64,000 nt of DNA from Callorhinchus milii (GCF_018977255.1 NW_024704743.1:52268001-52332000); one strand, 5' to 3'; positions 51,628-63,735 are shown, counted from the first letter of the stretch. Program-made: numbers and translations. The notes: a model not told the origin generated them from the letters alone.

Positions 51628-53087
51628 GGCACTGTGCCTTCCACCCTAAAAACAGCCAATATCACCCCCACCTTGAAGAAACATTCTCTTGACCCATCAC
51701 AGCTTTCCAGGTACCGGCCCATCTCAAACCTCCTTTTCCTATCCAAGGTCCTTGAGAGAGCAGATGCCTCCCAGCTTCGCTCTTTCCTCTCCTCCCACTC
51801 CCTCCATGAACCCCTCCAATCAGGTTTCCGTGCTCCCCACAGCTGCCTCTCCGCTGCCTTTGGCACCATGAACCACTCAATCCTCCTCCACCGTCTCTCC
51901 TCCCACCTCAACCTTCAAGGCTCTGTCCTTGACTGGTTCAGGTCCTACCTTTCACACCACCTCCACGTCGTCGCAGCAAACGGCTTCTCCTCCAGTCCCC
52001 GCACCGTCTCGTGCGGTGTCCCTCGGGGCTCTCTCCTCAGTCCCCTCCTCTTCCCCTTCTACATGCTCCCCCTTGGTGACATCATCCTCAGACATGGGAT
52101 AATTTCCACATGTATGCGGATGACACCCAACTCTATCTCTCTGCCTCCACCCTCAACTCTAGGACTACTGGCGTCCTGACCGACTGCCTGTCCGACATCA
52201 AGTCCTGGATGAGGGATAACTTTCTCCAACTCAACGTGAGCAAGACCGAGGTTCTCCTGATTGGCTTGCGCCAGCACCTCCGCACCTCAGGCGCTGGCAG
52301 CATCAGCCTCTACGGCTGCACACTCAACTTCACTAAACCAGTCAGGAACCTGGATATCTTGTTTGACCCCGAACTGTCCTTCTCCCCCACATCCGCGCCA
52401 TGACCGGCACTGCCAACCACCACCTCTGCAACATTGCCAGACTCCACCACTGCCTCACCCCTCAGGCTGCCCAAACCCTCACCCACACATTCGTCACATC
52501 AAGGCTCGATTACGGGAACTCCCTCCTCATTGGCCTTCCCAACTCTTCCCGTCACAAGCTGCAGATCATCCAAAGCTCTGCAGCTCATGTACTCTCATTC
52601 ACCAGGCTCCTCGACCCCAGCACTCCCACCCTCGCCCGACTCCACTGGCTCCCCATCCTCCAGAGGCTCGAGTTTAAGATCCTCGTCCTCACTTTCAAGG
52701 CCATCCATGGCCTTGCCCCCTCCTATCTCTCTGACTGCTGATTCCCTACCAACCTGCCCGCTCCCTCCGTTCAGCGGGCTCCAGCCTGCTCCATGTCTCC
52801 CGCCCGACCTGTCCTACCATCGGTGGCCGGGCTTTCAGCCTCTCTGCCCCACACTCTGGAACTCCATCCCACGGTCCCTTTGCGTCGCTTCCTCCCTTGC
52901 CTCCTTCAAGGCTGGTCTCAAAACTCTTCTCTTCGATCGTGCCTTTGGTTGCCCTCCCACCTCTCTGCCTTCCCTCACCCCTACACCACCCCTCCCCCAG
53001 GCTCGGGCCCTGACACCTAACTGTTCAGCGCTTTGGGACATCCTTCCGAAGTGAAAGGCACTCTATAAATGTAATTTTGTTGTTGTT
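51628..53087 (+). mobile_element. L2-clade LINE, 5'-truncated, RT region (frameshifted)
   Basis: YRPISNLLFLSKVLE, GVPRGSLLSP, MYADDTQLYL, SRLDYGNSLL, LHWLP, tail AGCGCTTTGGGACATCC...TATAAATGTAATTTTGTTGTTGTT. Confidence 0.97.
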
Positions 53088-54290
53088 AAACTTTTACCAA
53101 GGTGTCCAGAGAAAATACACTATTATATTATAGTGAACAATAGTAACTGGAAATGCATCAGTCCCCTCTTGCCTGTCTTCAGCCTGAAAAAAACACCAGT
53201 CACAATCACGACTTGAGCTGTTTAAGAATCCTCCATTTTCAACCCCAATGTATTCATGTATTTTGTGTAGTTTTGCATTCAGCATGCTTTTTTTATACAT
53301 GAATGATAGATTGATGACATGCATAATGACATCCTTTGTTTTTCTTTATTTTACCTTTGGTATTCCCCCAAATTCCATTAGATGGAACCAATGTACTACA
53401 TGGAATCCCAGGTCCCACAGCTCTATGCTCTCTGAAAATGGTTCCTCTTATACAGAATTACATAAACTGTTACAGCAAGGGAATACGCCATTTGTCCCAA
53501 CTTCCATCCTGTGTTTATGTCTTTGGACTTCATTTCATATCATGCCTTATCACACTGTCAAAATGTCTCAAAGTGCCCCACAAGATTCACTGTAAAATAT
53601 AGTGACCATGTGTTTAATAGGCAAACACGCCCACCAACCTGCACACAGCATGTCCCACAAACAGCCACCTGTTAATGTAGTACAGTGTTTTACCTGGTAT
53701 TTTTGGAAGATGAATGATGTCTTGATATATTATATTTTTGAGGAAGGAAGCGTATGTTATATCATCCAATGAGCAAGCTCAGAATGGCCGTCGTGGGCCA
53801 TTTTCCAATATCTATAAAATATCTCTTCACAGTACAGGGGAAAAAAAACATCGCTGCAGCAGTGTGTGGCTTTTCATCATGACTGCACCCAGTGTAATAT
53901 TGGCAGCAACACAAAAGCATGGCTTAAAAGACAACTTTCATCACTGTAACATAATTCCATAGAAACCTGTGCAAGCCTGTGCAAGCCTTACCCATTTGCA
54001 ATAGCTATTGCACAATTTGGCTAAACCTATAACTATAAACTTTGAACTCTAAACACTGAAGCACTCTTAGAAATAAAATGATCTTTCTTTCAAAGGGTTG
54101 GCAGTCTGTGTCTTTTTTGTTGTTTGCAAGGTCAGTACGAATTTTTCCATGATGTTAACCACTCTGAGTGGTCAAGTAAAAATTATTTTAGCACAATTTA
54201 AGTACATATCTTAATTGCCGCTGGATTAAGTGAGGATCTCTAGACTTCCAGGAGATGAAGAAAAGTTAGACAAAAGTCAAGCTATGATCC

Positions 54291-54830
54291 AATAATAATA
54301 ATAATAAACCTTGCATTTGATATAGCGCCTGCCTTATCACGCCGTTGAGACATCTCAAAGCACTTCACAGAAATTTATAAAGCGCCTTTTACATCAGGAG
54401 GACGTCCCCAAGGCTCTGAACAGTCAGGGATTAGGACCCAAGTGGGACTGGGATCAGGGAGTATAGAGGGCAGAGAGAGGAGGAGAATGGCCAAAGGCAT
54501 GGTCAAAGAGGAGGGTCTTGACGTGTGCCCTGAAGGAGGCAAGGGAGGGAGCAAGGCAAAGAGAATGTGGAATGGAGTTCCAGAGGATGGGGGCAGAGAG
54601 GTTGAAGGCCCAACTGCCGATGATGGGGTGGGCTGGGTGGGGGACATGAAGCAGGCCAGAGCCTGCTGAGCGGAGGGAGCGGACAAGTTGATAAGGGATT
54701 AGCAAGTCGGAGAGGTAGGAGGGGGCAAAGCCATGGAGGGCCTTGAAGGTGGGGACGAGAATTCTGAACTCGATCCTCTGAGGGATGGGGAGCCAGGCGA
54801 CGGTGTGTGATGGAATATACTGTAAAGTGA
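54291..54830 (-). mobile_element. L2 3' fragment (~54375-54800) nested in a SINE tail
   Basis: SINE tail CACTTCACAGAA|TATACTGTAAAGTGAA is split by L2 sequence encoding WLPIPQRIEFRILV...LWNSIP. Confidence 0.88.
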
Positions 54831-56139
54831 AAAGCAAAACGGACTCAACAAGCCAGCCTACTGATTCAATGTGCCTATGTTACATTTCCCACTTTCCTGC
54901 CAATATTTTGCACTGGCAATTGTTGGATTCAGCTGCCACTGTTTTACGAGTAGTTAGTTTCATCATCCCACCCCCAACTCCCCCCCAAAAAACAATAACT
55001 CTGAGAATAGCACAGAATATTGACATCTGCTCTCTACAATAGCCAACACTAACTCTCCCCTCCCCCAGTCCATCAGGAGATCAGATATAGATCCAACAGG
55101 AAACTGCATCATCATTGGTCACCACCACCTACCTGACCACTATGATCTTTTGCTATTAGTACTGGAATACTTCAGCACAAATATAAACCAAACTAGAATC
55201 CATTCTGAAACACTGAAGAGATACAGTTGCTACACAGGGTGTGAAGCATAGCGTTGCACCCACCATTTTTTTCCAGGAAATCTTCCCATCAGGTGGAGAC
55301 ACAAAGTCAAAGCTCGCTGCTTCTTCACAGAGTGACAGGAGGAATTAGAGTTGGTTTCACATTGGTCCAAAGCTGTTGAATATTTTTAATAACATGTTTA
55401 AAAAAGGTGCTGAATGGGAGCTTGCTGCTGTATAGGTCTTTGCCCAGGGATCGTAGAAGAGGAAGAATAGTTTATGAAATCTTAATTTTCTGCCAATGCA
55501 ACACATTTAAGTATTATGATGTTATGATCGACAGCTCAGTTCTGCTTTACGAAATGGGGAACATAAAAAAGGAAGCAACCATTAAATGTAAACATTTTGT
55601 TTCCTGCTAGAAAGCCGCAGCATATCTTGTAGTACTATAATGGTACTATTATGCATTTAACTGCTGTAGTCAATCCGGTCCAGTCTTGCCTATGGTTTAA
55701 TCGAGACTAGTAGTTTTCTCTCTCAGAATCTCATTATGTAGATTATACTGTAATGTGCAGATCACACAATCTGTGATGTCCACATCATTGAAAATGCTGC
55801 CCTGACAAAAACTATAATCATAATAATCTTTGCATTTCGTACTTTGCCTTTCACGACAGAAGGATATCTTAAACAGCTTAACGTAATATCCTGTAAAAGT
55901 GTAGTGACCGTGCAACTGTAGGTGATCATGGCAATCCATTTGTGCAGACAATGTCCCGAGTCACAAAGTGAATTTTATTTGAAGGTCAATGGGACAGGAC
56001 GTGTGCCTGATCTGTGGACAGGAAAATAGTGGCAATGCTCTCATGCATTTCATGCTGAGTTGCGTTGCCAAACAGAAAGCTCGCAGGGAGTTCCTGGTAC
56101 CCACCATCCACCCAGTGAGGCTCAAACCCACGCCTGTTG

Positions 56140-56582
56140 GATGTCCAAAGACCACCTAGTGACTGTGGAGGTCAGTAGTATTCCAGGCACTACTGATGTC
56201 AGTACAGCCAGCCTGGCTCATAGGCAGGACCCAGAAGGACCTAGAATCCTCCCACTTAGCTCCTGTTAAACCTGCAAGACAAAGCTGTAACAGGTAGAGT
56301 TGTCCTACATGGACAAGCAGCGGGAAAGCTTATCAGACAATGCTATAAATAGCAAGCTGTGCGGTTTTAGCTGGTTAGAATCCAACAGGATAACTAATGC
56401 ACACTCTGGGGTGCCCAAACCTCAGCTCTTGCCAACCTGCTCTAATTGTTTCCAGATACGTCCCTCCATGTAGAGAGTGTGCATTACATTCCAACAATTT
56501 ATCTGTGGAATTTCCATGTATATGTGGGATTCATGGAATTCTCGGCTTGAAACATGGTGATGGGTTTCCACATGTGTCAGTC
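56140..56582 (+). repeat. Family C repeat (long copy)
   Basis: CAGCCAGCCTGG, TAACAGGTAGAGTTGTCCTAC, GGTTTTAGCTGGTTAG, CATGGTGATGGGTTTCCACATGTGTC. Confidence 0.7.
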
Positions 56583-56919
56583 ACATAGCTTTTTAAAAAA
56601 CGTATTTGGAGAACTATTGATCTGGGAAAAACTCTTCTTTTTTCGAATAGTGTCATGGGATCTTTAATGTCCACTGAATAGGCAGACAAGATCTTGGTTT
56701 AACATCTTCTGCCAAAAATGTCAAAGCTAAAACAGTATTGACTCTAACTGGCTATCCAATGTCACTCTATGTCAGTCAAAAGTTTAAGGTTCAGAATAAG
56801 TGGCTTAATGCCCAATCCTGAGCTCCAAGACTTTGACGTAAGTTTGTAGATAGACTCAAGAGGCTAAAACACACTGCCACCAATAACAACAACAAATTAC
56901 ATTTGTATACAGCCTTCAA

Positions 56920-57280
56920 CAATTCCCCTGGCATAATCTGTACCACAGGGAAAGAAACAAGAAGATTTGTGCAGCATTGATCGACACCATGAGAGAGTCA
57001 AGCATCACTGATGATGTTCCAACAGACAGGAAGCAAGCCAATGTTCACATATTCAATAAAGGTGACAGAAACAACCCTGGCTACTACAGACCAGGAAGTA
57101 TTTATTTACCCGGCAGCTGAGTAATGACTGGAACAAGGCACCAAGACGGTTGAAGCCAGGAAACTGGATTCATTTTAAAAATCAGGCTGATGCTGTGATG
57201 GGAAGACTGTAGGTGGGTATTCTGAAAGTTTGAGATCAAATGGGACAAATGGCCTTCTTCAGATGAGCCTCTCGTGTGAT
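56920..57280 (+). mobile_element. Old CR1 fragment
   Basis: GCCAATGTTCACATATTCAATAAAGGTGACAGAAACAACCCTGGCTACTACAGACCA translates to ANVHIFNKGDRNNPGYYRP, followed by a CR1-like 3' region. Confidence 0.7.
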
Positions 57281-58038
57281 TATGACAGAGGGAAAGAGAA
57301 TGAGTCACACAAGTCGATGTCTTCAGTTATCAACAAGGCAGATTTTCAATATTGTGTTAATTCTGGTTGTAATGTTCAACTTTAAATGTTATATTTATAT
57401 ACCTCTCCAATTCATTCCTTCTCTTACTGAACCAATCCCTCGTGCCAAGAAAGCATTGAAGCCTGACTCCTGTGGAGCGCAACAATACAATTCCTATTCA
57501 GAAGGATGTGAAGACATTAAGTGATATTTCTGATGTTATGCTTCAATTTATGTTCTCTTGTTATGGATTTGTGACATTGAATCTTTTATAAAATGTTGCA
57601 TTTTCACCCCTCTCTTTACTCACATAATCAAAATCATTAATAATTTTGATAACCTCTTAAATCTATCCTCAACCATCTCTGCTCCAATGATTTTTTATTC
57701 AGTTAGGTTTATGTCTGACAAAGGGAAACTCATCACCGTGCTTAAAAGTATCCAAGTCAAACTAAGATTCTATTTATGCAGACGAATCCTGTTGAAACTC
57801 GCTGTCCACAAACACAAACATCATGTTCTGATGCGGCTTGAAGCCAAAATGGCTGCCCCTTTGTCAGTTCCTATGCACTGCTCATGCACGAAGCACGCAA
57901 GTGAGACCAACTCTATTTCAATTTATTTGCCTATAAACACACGGTCACTACACTTTAATGTAAATCCTGTGACACTCTTTGAAATATTTCAACAATGTGA
58001 TAAAACACTGCTACATCAAATGCAAAGTTTTTTACTTG

Positions 58039-58236
58039 ATAATAATCCCTCCAAAACAAAAAACAATAATAAATTGGTCATTTTCAATCTACGAATGTTT
58101 GTGGGACATTGCTGTGCGCAATTGGCTGCCGCGTTCGCCCACAAATATACAGTCAATTCACTTTACAGCGTGTTCTGCGAAGCGCTTTGGGACGTCCTCC
58201 CAACGTGAAAAGCGCAAGGATTATTATTATTATTAT
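58039..58236 (+). mobile_element. Family A SINE 3' half (young)
   Basis: Near-identical to 670-880, including the GGGACGTCCTCCCAACGTGAAAAGCGC tail. Confidence 0.9.
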
Positions 58237-58376
58237 TGTTGCCAACATGATTTCTGCACACTTTGCTTATGGCTGGCTTCCTGCATTAAAACGTGGTTGA
58301 CTTCTATGTCATTAGGTAACCCCTACAATACTTCCTGTTTGCTGTATTTGCATGCTAATAGCACATCCTAGCACAT

Positions 58377-58615
58377 AACAATAATAATTTGATATAGCGC
58401 TATTCATGCCTTCTAGACGTCTCAAAGTGCTTCACAGTAAAGTGAATTTGTGGGTGAAACGCGGCAGCCAATTGCGCACAGCAGTGTCCCGCAAACAGCC
58501 GTGGATTGAAAATGACCAATTTGTTATTGTGTTTTTTTTGGAGGGATTATTATTAGGCGTGTGGAGTAAGGAAACTTGCCCAAGGTTTCGCCCTGACTGG
58601 GATTGAACCCAGGTA
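58377..58615 (-). mobile_element. Family A SINE, short form
   Basis: Reverse complement GGTTCAATCCCAGTCAGGGCGAAACCTTGGGCAAGTTTCCTTACTCCACACGCCTAATAATAATCCC. Confidence 0.9.
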
Positions 58616-58623
58616 TCAGGACA

Positions 58624-58980
58624 TGGAATCCTGTAGCTCAGTAGTTAGAGCACTCGTTCTTACAAGCGAGACCTGTGTTCAATTCCTGGGCAGGGCAAAA
58701 AGTTGGGCAAGTTTCCTTACTCCACATGTCTCTGCTTACTTAGCAGTAAGTAGGAACCTGGTTGTTAGTCGATTGGCGGATCACGTTTCTGGGAGTAATA
58801 ATTAAAAAGAAATGATAAATCGGTCACTCAATCCACGACTGTTTGTGAGACACTGCTGTGTGTAATTGGCTGTCACATTTCGCCCACAAAATATACAGTC
58901 AATTCACTTTACAGTATATTCTGTGAAGCGCTTTGAGATGTCTCGAAGACGTGATATATCAAATGCAAGGATTATTATAT
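58624..58980 (+). mobile_element. Full-length family A SINE, long form
   Basis: TGTAGCTCAGTAGTTAGAGC A box, GTTCAATTCC B box, extra internal segment, tail and (TTA)n. Confidence 0.92.
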
Positions 58981-59139
58981 TAATATTCCTGCATGTAAGC
59001 ATTGTGTCCTAGAAGTGATCAGTGGCAACCTGGACCCAGACATCAGACATCATTTTATCACAAAAATACCTTTGATTGAAAGGGCACCTATTTTTATACA
59101 ATTACACCTTACAAGCAGGCATCTTATACATCATTTCCC

Positions 59140-59580
59140 TTTGGTATGGAGTTGCACACTCTCCCCAGACGGACTCCCTACTTGACTAATCCCAGAGAGT
59201 TCAGGCTACAGGTTTGCAATAGCCAATGCTTGGGGACCCCAAGATGTGCATTGGGATATTTAATAATAATAACCCTTGCATTTTATATAGCAACTTATCA
59301 CATCTTTGAGACGTCTCAAAGCGCTTCACAGAATATACTGCAAAGTGAATTGACTGTAACGTTGCAGCCAATTGAGCACAGCAATTTCTGGAGTTTAACC
59401 AGCTAAAACCTTGCAGCCTGTCTTTGCAAAAAACAGTAAGCTTCCTGCTGCTTGTCTAGCTAGGACAACCCTACCTGTTAATGTTTTGGCATGCAGGGTT
59501 AACAGCAGCAAGAATCCCTGCCACTGACCAATGACTAACCGGATCTTCAAAACCCTGCTGAATGAAGCAGGCTGGCCTTT
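59140..59580 (-). repeat. Family C repeat interrupted by a SINE tail (59261-59385)
   Basis: Reverse complement TAACAGGTAGGGTTGTCCTAGCTAGACAAGCAGCAGGAAGCTT...GGTTTTAGCTGGTTAAACTCCAG. Confidence 0.7.
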
Positions 59581-60774
59581 CTTCAACAGTAAGAGACCAT
59601 GTTGAAACTCTCTGCCTCAATCCCTCTACCTTTACCCATCTTTACCCATCTTCAGATCACACCTCTTCAACCTCCCCTTTGTCCCGCCATTGTTTGGCCC
59701 TGAGATCCTACCCCGATGAAGGGTGTTGTTTTAAATACAAGCCATTGTTACAACACCGGAGTAGACCAGTGTCAGTTGAGCAAAGGAAACTTAATATCTT
59801 AGGTATTATGTATTTATAATACCTAAAATCTATTTGCTTTTTTATGGTCTTATCTGCACTTTTAAAGACCTCTGTATCCATAGTTGTAGTTCTCTTTGTT
59901 CCTATGCTTCATTAATATTAATATTATCATTTAGGGTATATTTCCTTGTTCTTCCTCTCAATATCCATTACTTTGCCATTTTAAAATGTAATAAATTATT
60001 CACAAAGCAGTCTGATGGACCAAGATATAATATTCAGGTTTGCACCTCTCATAATTATTTTATGTAAAAGGGCCATTAGACAGAGTGTTTCATCACTTTG
60101 GATTTCAGAGGCAGACCTGCCATGGAATCGTGGCTCTTATTGGCTGATCAATAGACTAGCCAAACTGTGTTACTACACACATCTTTGACCAGATTGCAAA
60201 TCTCTGGTTCAACAGCATTGCAAGCTAAAGAGAAAATAGCGTGAAAAAAATAAAATAGTGTGAAAAAAATATGAGTAGAGCGTATTCCAAACATGAAAAT
60301 ATTTTTAGATTGCATGCAGAAAAAGATTGGTGGCCATTCGTTCAAAGTCATTAGATTTCAGTTCTCTAAAGTTTATTTTGGTTTCTGTGCTAGCAACACA
60401 TCAAGCCTGCAGCAGTGAAGAAACATGCAGTTGAACCTGTATCACCAAAAAGATTCCCTATATGACATTACATTAAAAAAAAAGTGTGATTTAGGTTTTA
60501 TTCCAATGGGAAGATGCTTCGCTAAAGCACTAATGTCACTTGACTTGATTGAAATTGTTTAGTGTCTCCCCTTTCAATTTTTTCTCTCTTCTCCCAAAGG
60601 CACTGAATTAGGTAGCATTATAATACTATGTACTTTTATCTAATACTCTCTTCCACTTCCTCTCGCCTCTTACTTGTTCTTATTTGAGTTCCCACTTTAA
60701 CATGTTTGTCCATGCCTTAATGTATCTCCCCCCCCCTACACACCTATTGATCTCGTCTCAAAATTCTCTCCCTC

Positions 60775-60841
60775 AAACTACCTGGGACGTCCTCCCGACG
60801 TGAAAGGCGCTCAATAAATGGAATCTTGTTGTTGTTGTTGT
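60775..60841 (+). mobile_element. Young L2 3' tail
   Basis: GGGACGTCCTCCCGACGTGAAAGGCGCTCAATAAATGGAATC(TTG)n. Confidence 0.85.
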
Positions 60842-61059
60842 CACAGATTGCCCTTTCCCCTTACGTGCACCTGGTTGAAACTGCAATTTCTCAAAATATT
60901 CACCTGAGTTTCATAACAGTAGTAGAAGGATTATTTTAGTAAAGGTCCATTTTAATAATCCTGTGTAACAAGTTTTACCTTACTGGTGCTACCCGCCTTT
61001 TGTTTATTAAAAAATGTGGAACGTTTCCAATAGCCTAACAAGTAGTGTAGCATTCCCAT

Positions 61060-61560
61060 TTAGTTTGGTAATCTCAATTGTAGCAATGGTTGATAGGCAT
61101 TACAATTGACCCAGTAGACCTGGGCCAGAGAGAGGAATAATCAGATGCTTCCTACTCCTTAGGCCCAAAATCTCTCAAGGCATTACACCAGGCTCACAGG
61201 AAGCTCCTGGTTCCTGCAAGCAATTTAAGATTTTGTCTTACAATTTACGGATGCAGATTTTTGGAAACATTATTAAATTTTGTCTTAATCTTGAAATCAG
61301 TTTTCCACCGGTCTTAAAAAGAACTGCAATCATTTTAAGATTTAACCCATGAAAAATGTGGAGCCTCTGATCATTAACACTCTGCTGCAAAGTGTGTGTG
61401 GATGTCAGGAAAGGACAGGATCAGACTTGCCTATGATTCTCCAACAGACAAATATCCTGCCAACGCTCAGTGTGTTAGCTCTTACATGAAGAATGGTGAG
61501 GTGCATAGCACCAATGAAACCATATGCAGCAAGATCAAGCTCCTTCAGAAGAGGAGAGGA
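61060..61560 (+). repeat. Family D repeat with an inserted AT-rich MITE-like segment (61162-61365)
   Basis: Family D sequence resumes at TCTGATCA after a ~200-bp insert with imperfect terminal inverted repeats. Confidence 0.5.
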
Positions 61561-61727
61561 TTGCATAGGGAAGAAAGACAGAAATGTGCATCCTTTGTTG
61601 TTTGAAGGATTTACTTTAGTTGATGTTATGTTTTCATGCCAGCAAACATAAAATTGTAAACCCTGAGTTCAATGTACAGGCAAAAAAATTGACAAATTAT
61701 AGAGACAAAATCATCAGTCCTGTATTT

Positions 61728-61985
61728 GTGGAGTTCTGTAGCGTATTGGGTAGAGGACTCTTCTTGCAAGTGAGAGGACGAGGTTTGATTCCCTGGCAGG
61801 GTGAAACAATAGGCAAATTTCATTACTACAAACGCCTATTTACCTAGCACTAAGTAGGAATCTAGCTGTTAATTGATTGGCTTTCCACTCAATAATCCAC
61901 TCAAAGTAAAACTAAATTAAAAAAGAAGAATTTGGTCACTCAATGTACAACCATTTATGGGACACTGCTGTGCGCAATTGGCTTT
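61728..61985 (+). mobile_element. Family A SINE, long form, degraded and 3'-truncated
   Basis: GTGGAGTTCTGTAGCG...GGTTTGATTCC...TTTACCTAGCACTAAGTAGGAA. Confidence 0.8.
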
Positions 61986-61996
61986 CGCATTTTGCT

Positions 61997-62229
61997 CTGT
62001 AAAGTGAATTGACTGTATATTTTGTGGACGGAACGTGGCAACCAATTGCGCACAGCAGTGTCCCACAAACAGTCGTGGATTGAAGTGACCAATTTTATTA
62101 TTGTTTGGGGTTTTTTTTTCCTTGAGGGATTATTATTAGGTGTGTGGAGTAAGGAAACTTCCACAAGGTTTCGCCCTGCCATGAATTGAACCCAGATCTC
62201 TCGCCTCACTGAGCTACACTGAGCTACAG
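61997..62229 (-). mobile_element. Family A SINE, short form
   Basis: Reverse complement TGTAGCTCAGTG...GGGTTCAATTCATGGCAGGGCGAAACC...CCTTACTCCACACACCTAATAATAATCCC. Confidence 0.88.
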
Positions 62230-62954
62230 ATAATTCCCCAGGTATGAATTATCTATTCATACCTAGTTCCAGATTAATAGATTTTAGAGTTTCTATCTTC
62301 CTAGATATAGCAATTTCATCAACAACAATTTGCATTTATGCAGCACATTTTATCCCGAGAGGACATGTCAAATTCACAGAGCCAATAATTCATACATATG
62401 ATAACTCTAAAGGTACAGCTGATCCTAATCTGCTTACATTTCAATCACTCGCTCCACTACATCTCGTCATTCTATTCTACAATCTCGTCCTCAATGTTTC
62501 CTTGCTCTAAGTTTACGTCCCACTTAATAGCTTTGATAAACTCCAACTCCACCTATTTGAGATGTCTCAACAACATGATAAGGCACCATGTCAAATACAA
62601 TGATTATTATTATTTATTTCCATCTTGAATTTATTTTCCTCAGTTTACCACCCTCTCATGTCTGACATCCATTGATAGCGATTTGTTTAACTCCAAACCT
62701 CTCCAACTACATGTTCTTCTCCTCTGTTCTTCAAACCTATTGTGTCAATTTCATCAAGGTCACCAAGTCGAGTTAACAGTTCAGAAGGCATTCAAGAAAT
62801 TAAGGTGTGCACACAATTCAAATAAGCATCTATTATGAATTAGAACTACACCCTTTCGGATAACACATGCCTTTTCAAGTGACACATATTCAACAGGATC
62901 TTTCAACAGGATTCTTGATATTTAATATATCAGTGTTTCATGCAACACACTCAT

Positions 62955-63170
62955 TCTATAGAACCATGGAATTTGGCAGTACAAAAGTCATTAAGCCTAT
63001 GGTGTCTATGCTGGCTCTTTGAAAAAGCAATAATTTCAGTCACATTTACTTGGCCTTTTCCATATCTCTGCAAATTATTCCTCCTTAGATATCTATCTAG
63101 TTCCCTCTTGAAAACTGCCTTAACCATTGCACCAAGCAGGCTTTCCACAACCCAACAACTCTTTACCTGG
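62955..63170 (-). mobile_element. CR1 3' fragment
   Basis: FKRELDRYLRRNNLQRYG, typical of the CR1 ORF2 C-terminus, plus 3'UTR. Confidence 0.75.
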
Positions 63171-63279
63171 TACCTGTCAACCACTTAATGAGGCTTCAAA
63201 CCTGTGCTTGTCGGGTATCAAGTGAGCAACTAGTGGCTATCCTCTGGGCGGGAGGAAGCAGAACTAATTGAATATTCTA

Positions 63280-63610
63280 ATCAGACTGAGAGTTCCATGC
63301 ATCCTACTTGCACATGGAAATTCATGTGTATTGGAATGGAATGTGCATTTTCTCCCTGGAGGGATACACCCTGCTTACCTAATTCCAGATAATATTAGGC
63401 GGAGGCTAGCAAGAGCCAAGGCTTGGAAACCCCAGAGAGTACATTGGGATATTGTTGGAGGTTAACCAGCTAAAAATGCATAGCTTGCAATTGAAAGTAC
63501 CGGCTGGCAAGTTTTCCCGCTGTTTGTCCAGCTATGATCACCCTACCCATTTGGGCCTTGGCTTGCAATGTTAACAGAAGCTTGACATGACCAGCCAGCC
63601 AGCCTGACAG
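63280..63610 (-). repeat. Family C repeat
   Basis: Reverse complement TTTTAGCTGGTTAACCTCCAACAATATCCCAATGTACTCTCTGGGG...GAATTTCCATGTGC...CATGGAACTCTC. Confidence 0.7.
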
Positions 63611-63619
63611 GCAATTGGT

Positions 63620-63735
63620 CAGAACAGCAGTGGTCCTGGAGTTGATAGTAGAGGTAGCGAGTTAGAGATAGGCGTCATCCACATACAAATGGAAATGGAT
63701 CCCACGCATGGGATGATATCACCAAATGGGAGGAT
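63620..63735 (-). mobile_element. Short L2 RT fragment
   Basis: Reverse complement GGTGATATCATC...ATTTGTATGTGGATGACGCC...CAACTCCAGGACCACTG is homologous to the YADD region of the L2 copies. Confidence 0.7.

Noticed and set aside
57843..57857. YY1-like motif CAAAATGGCTGCC as a promoter
   Set aside because: Isolated motif between repeat remnants with no CpG island or other support
57558..58208. 216-aa ORF
   Set aside because: Starts at TTG and runs through CR1 and SINE remnants; no recognisable protein features
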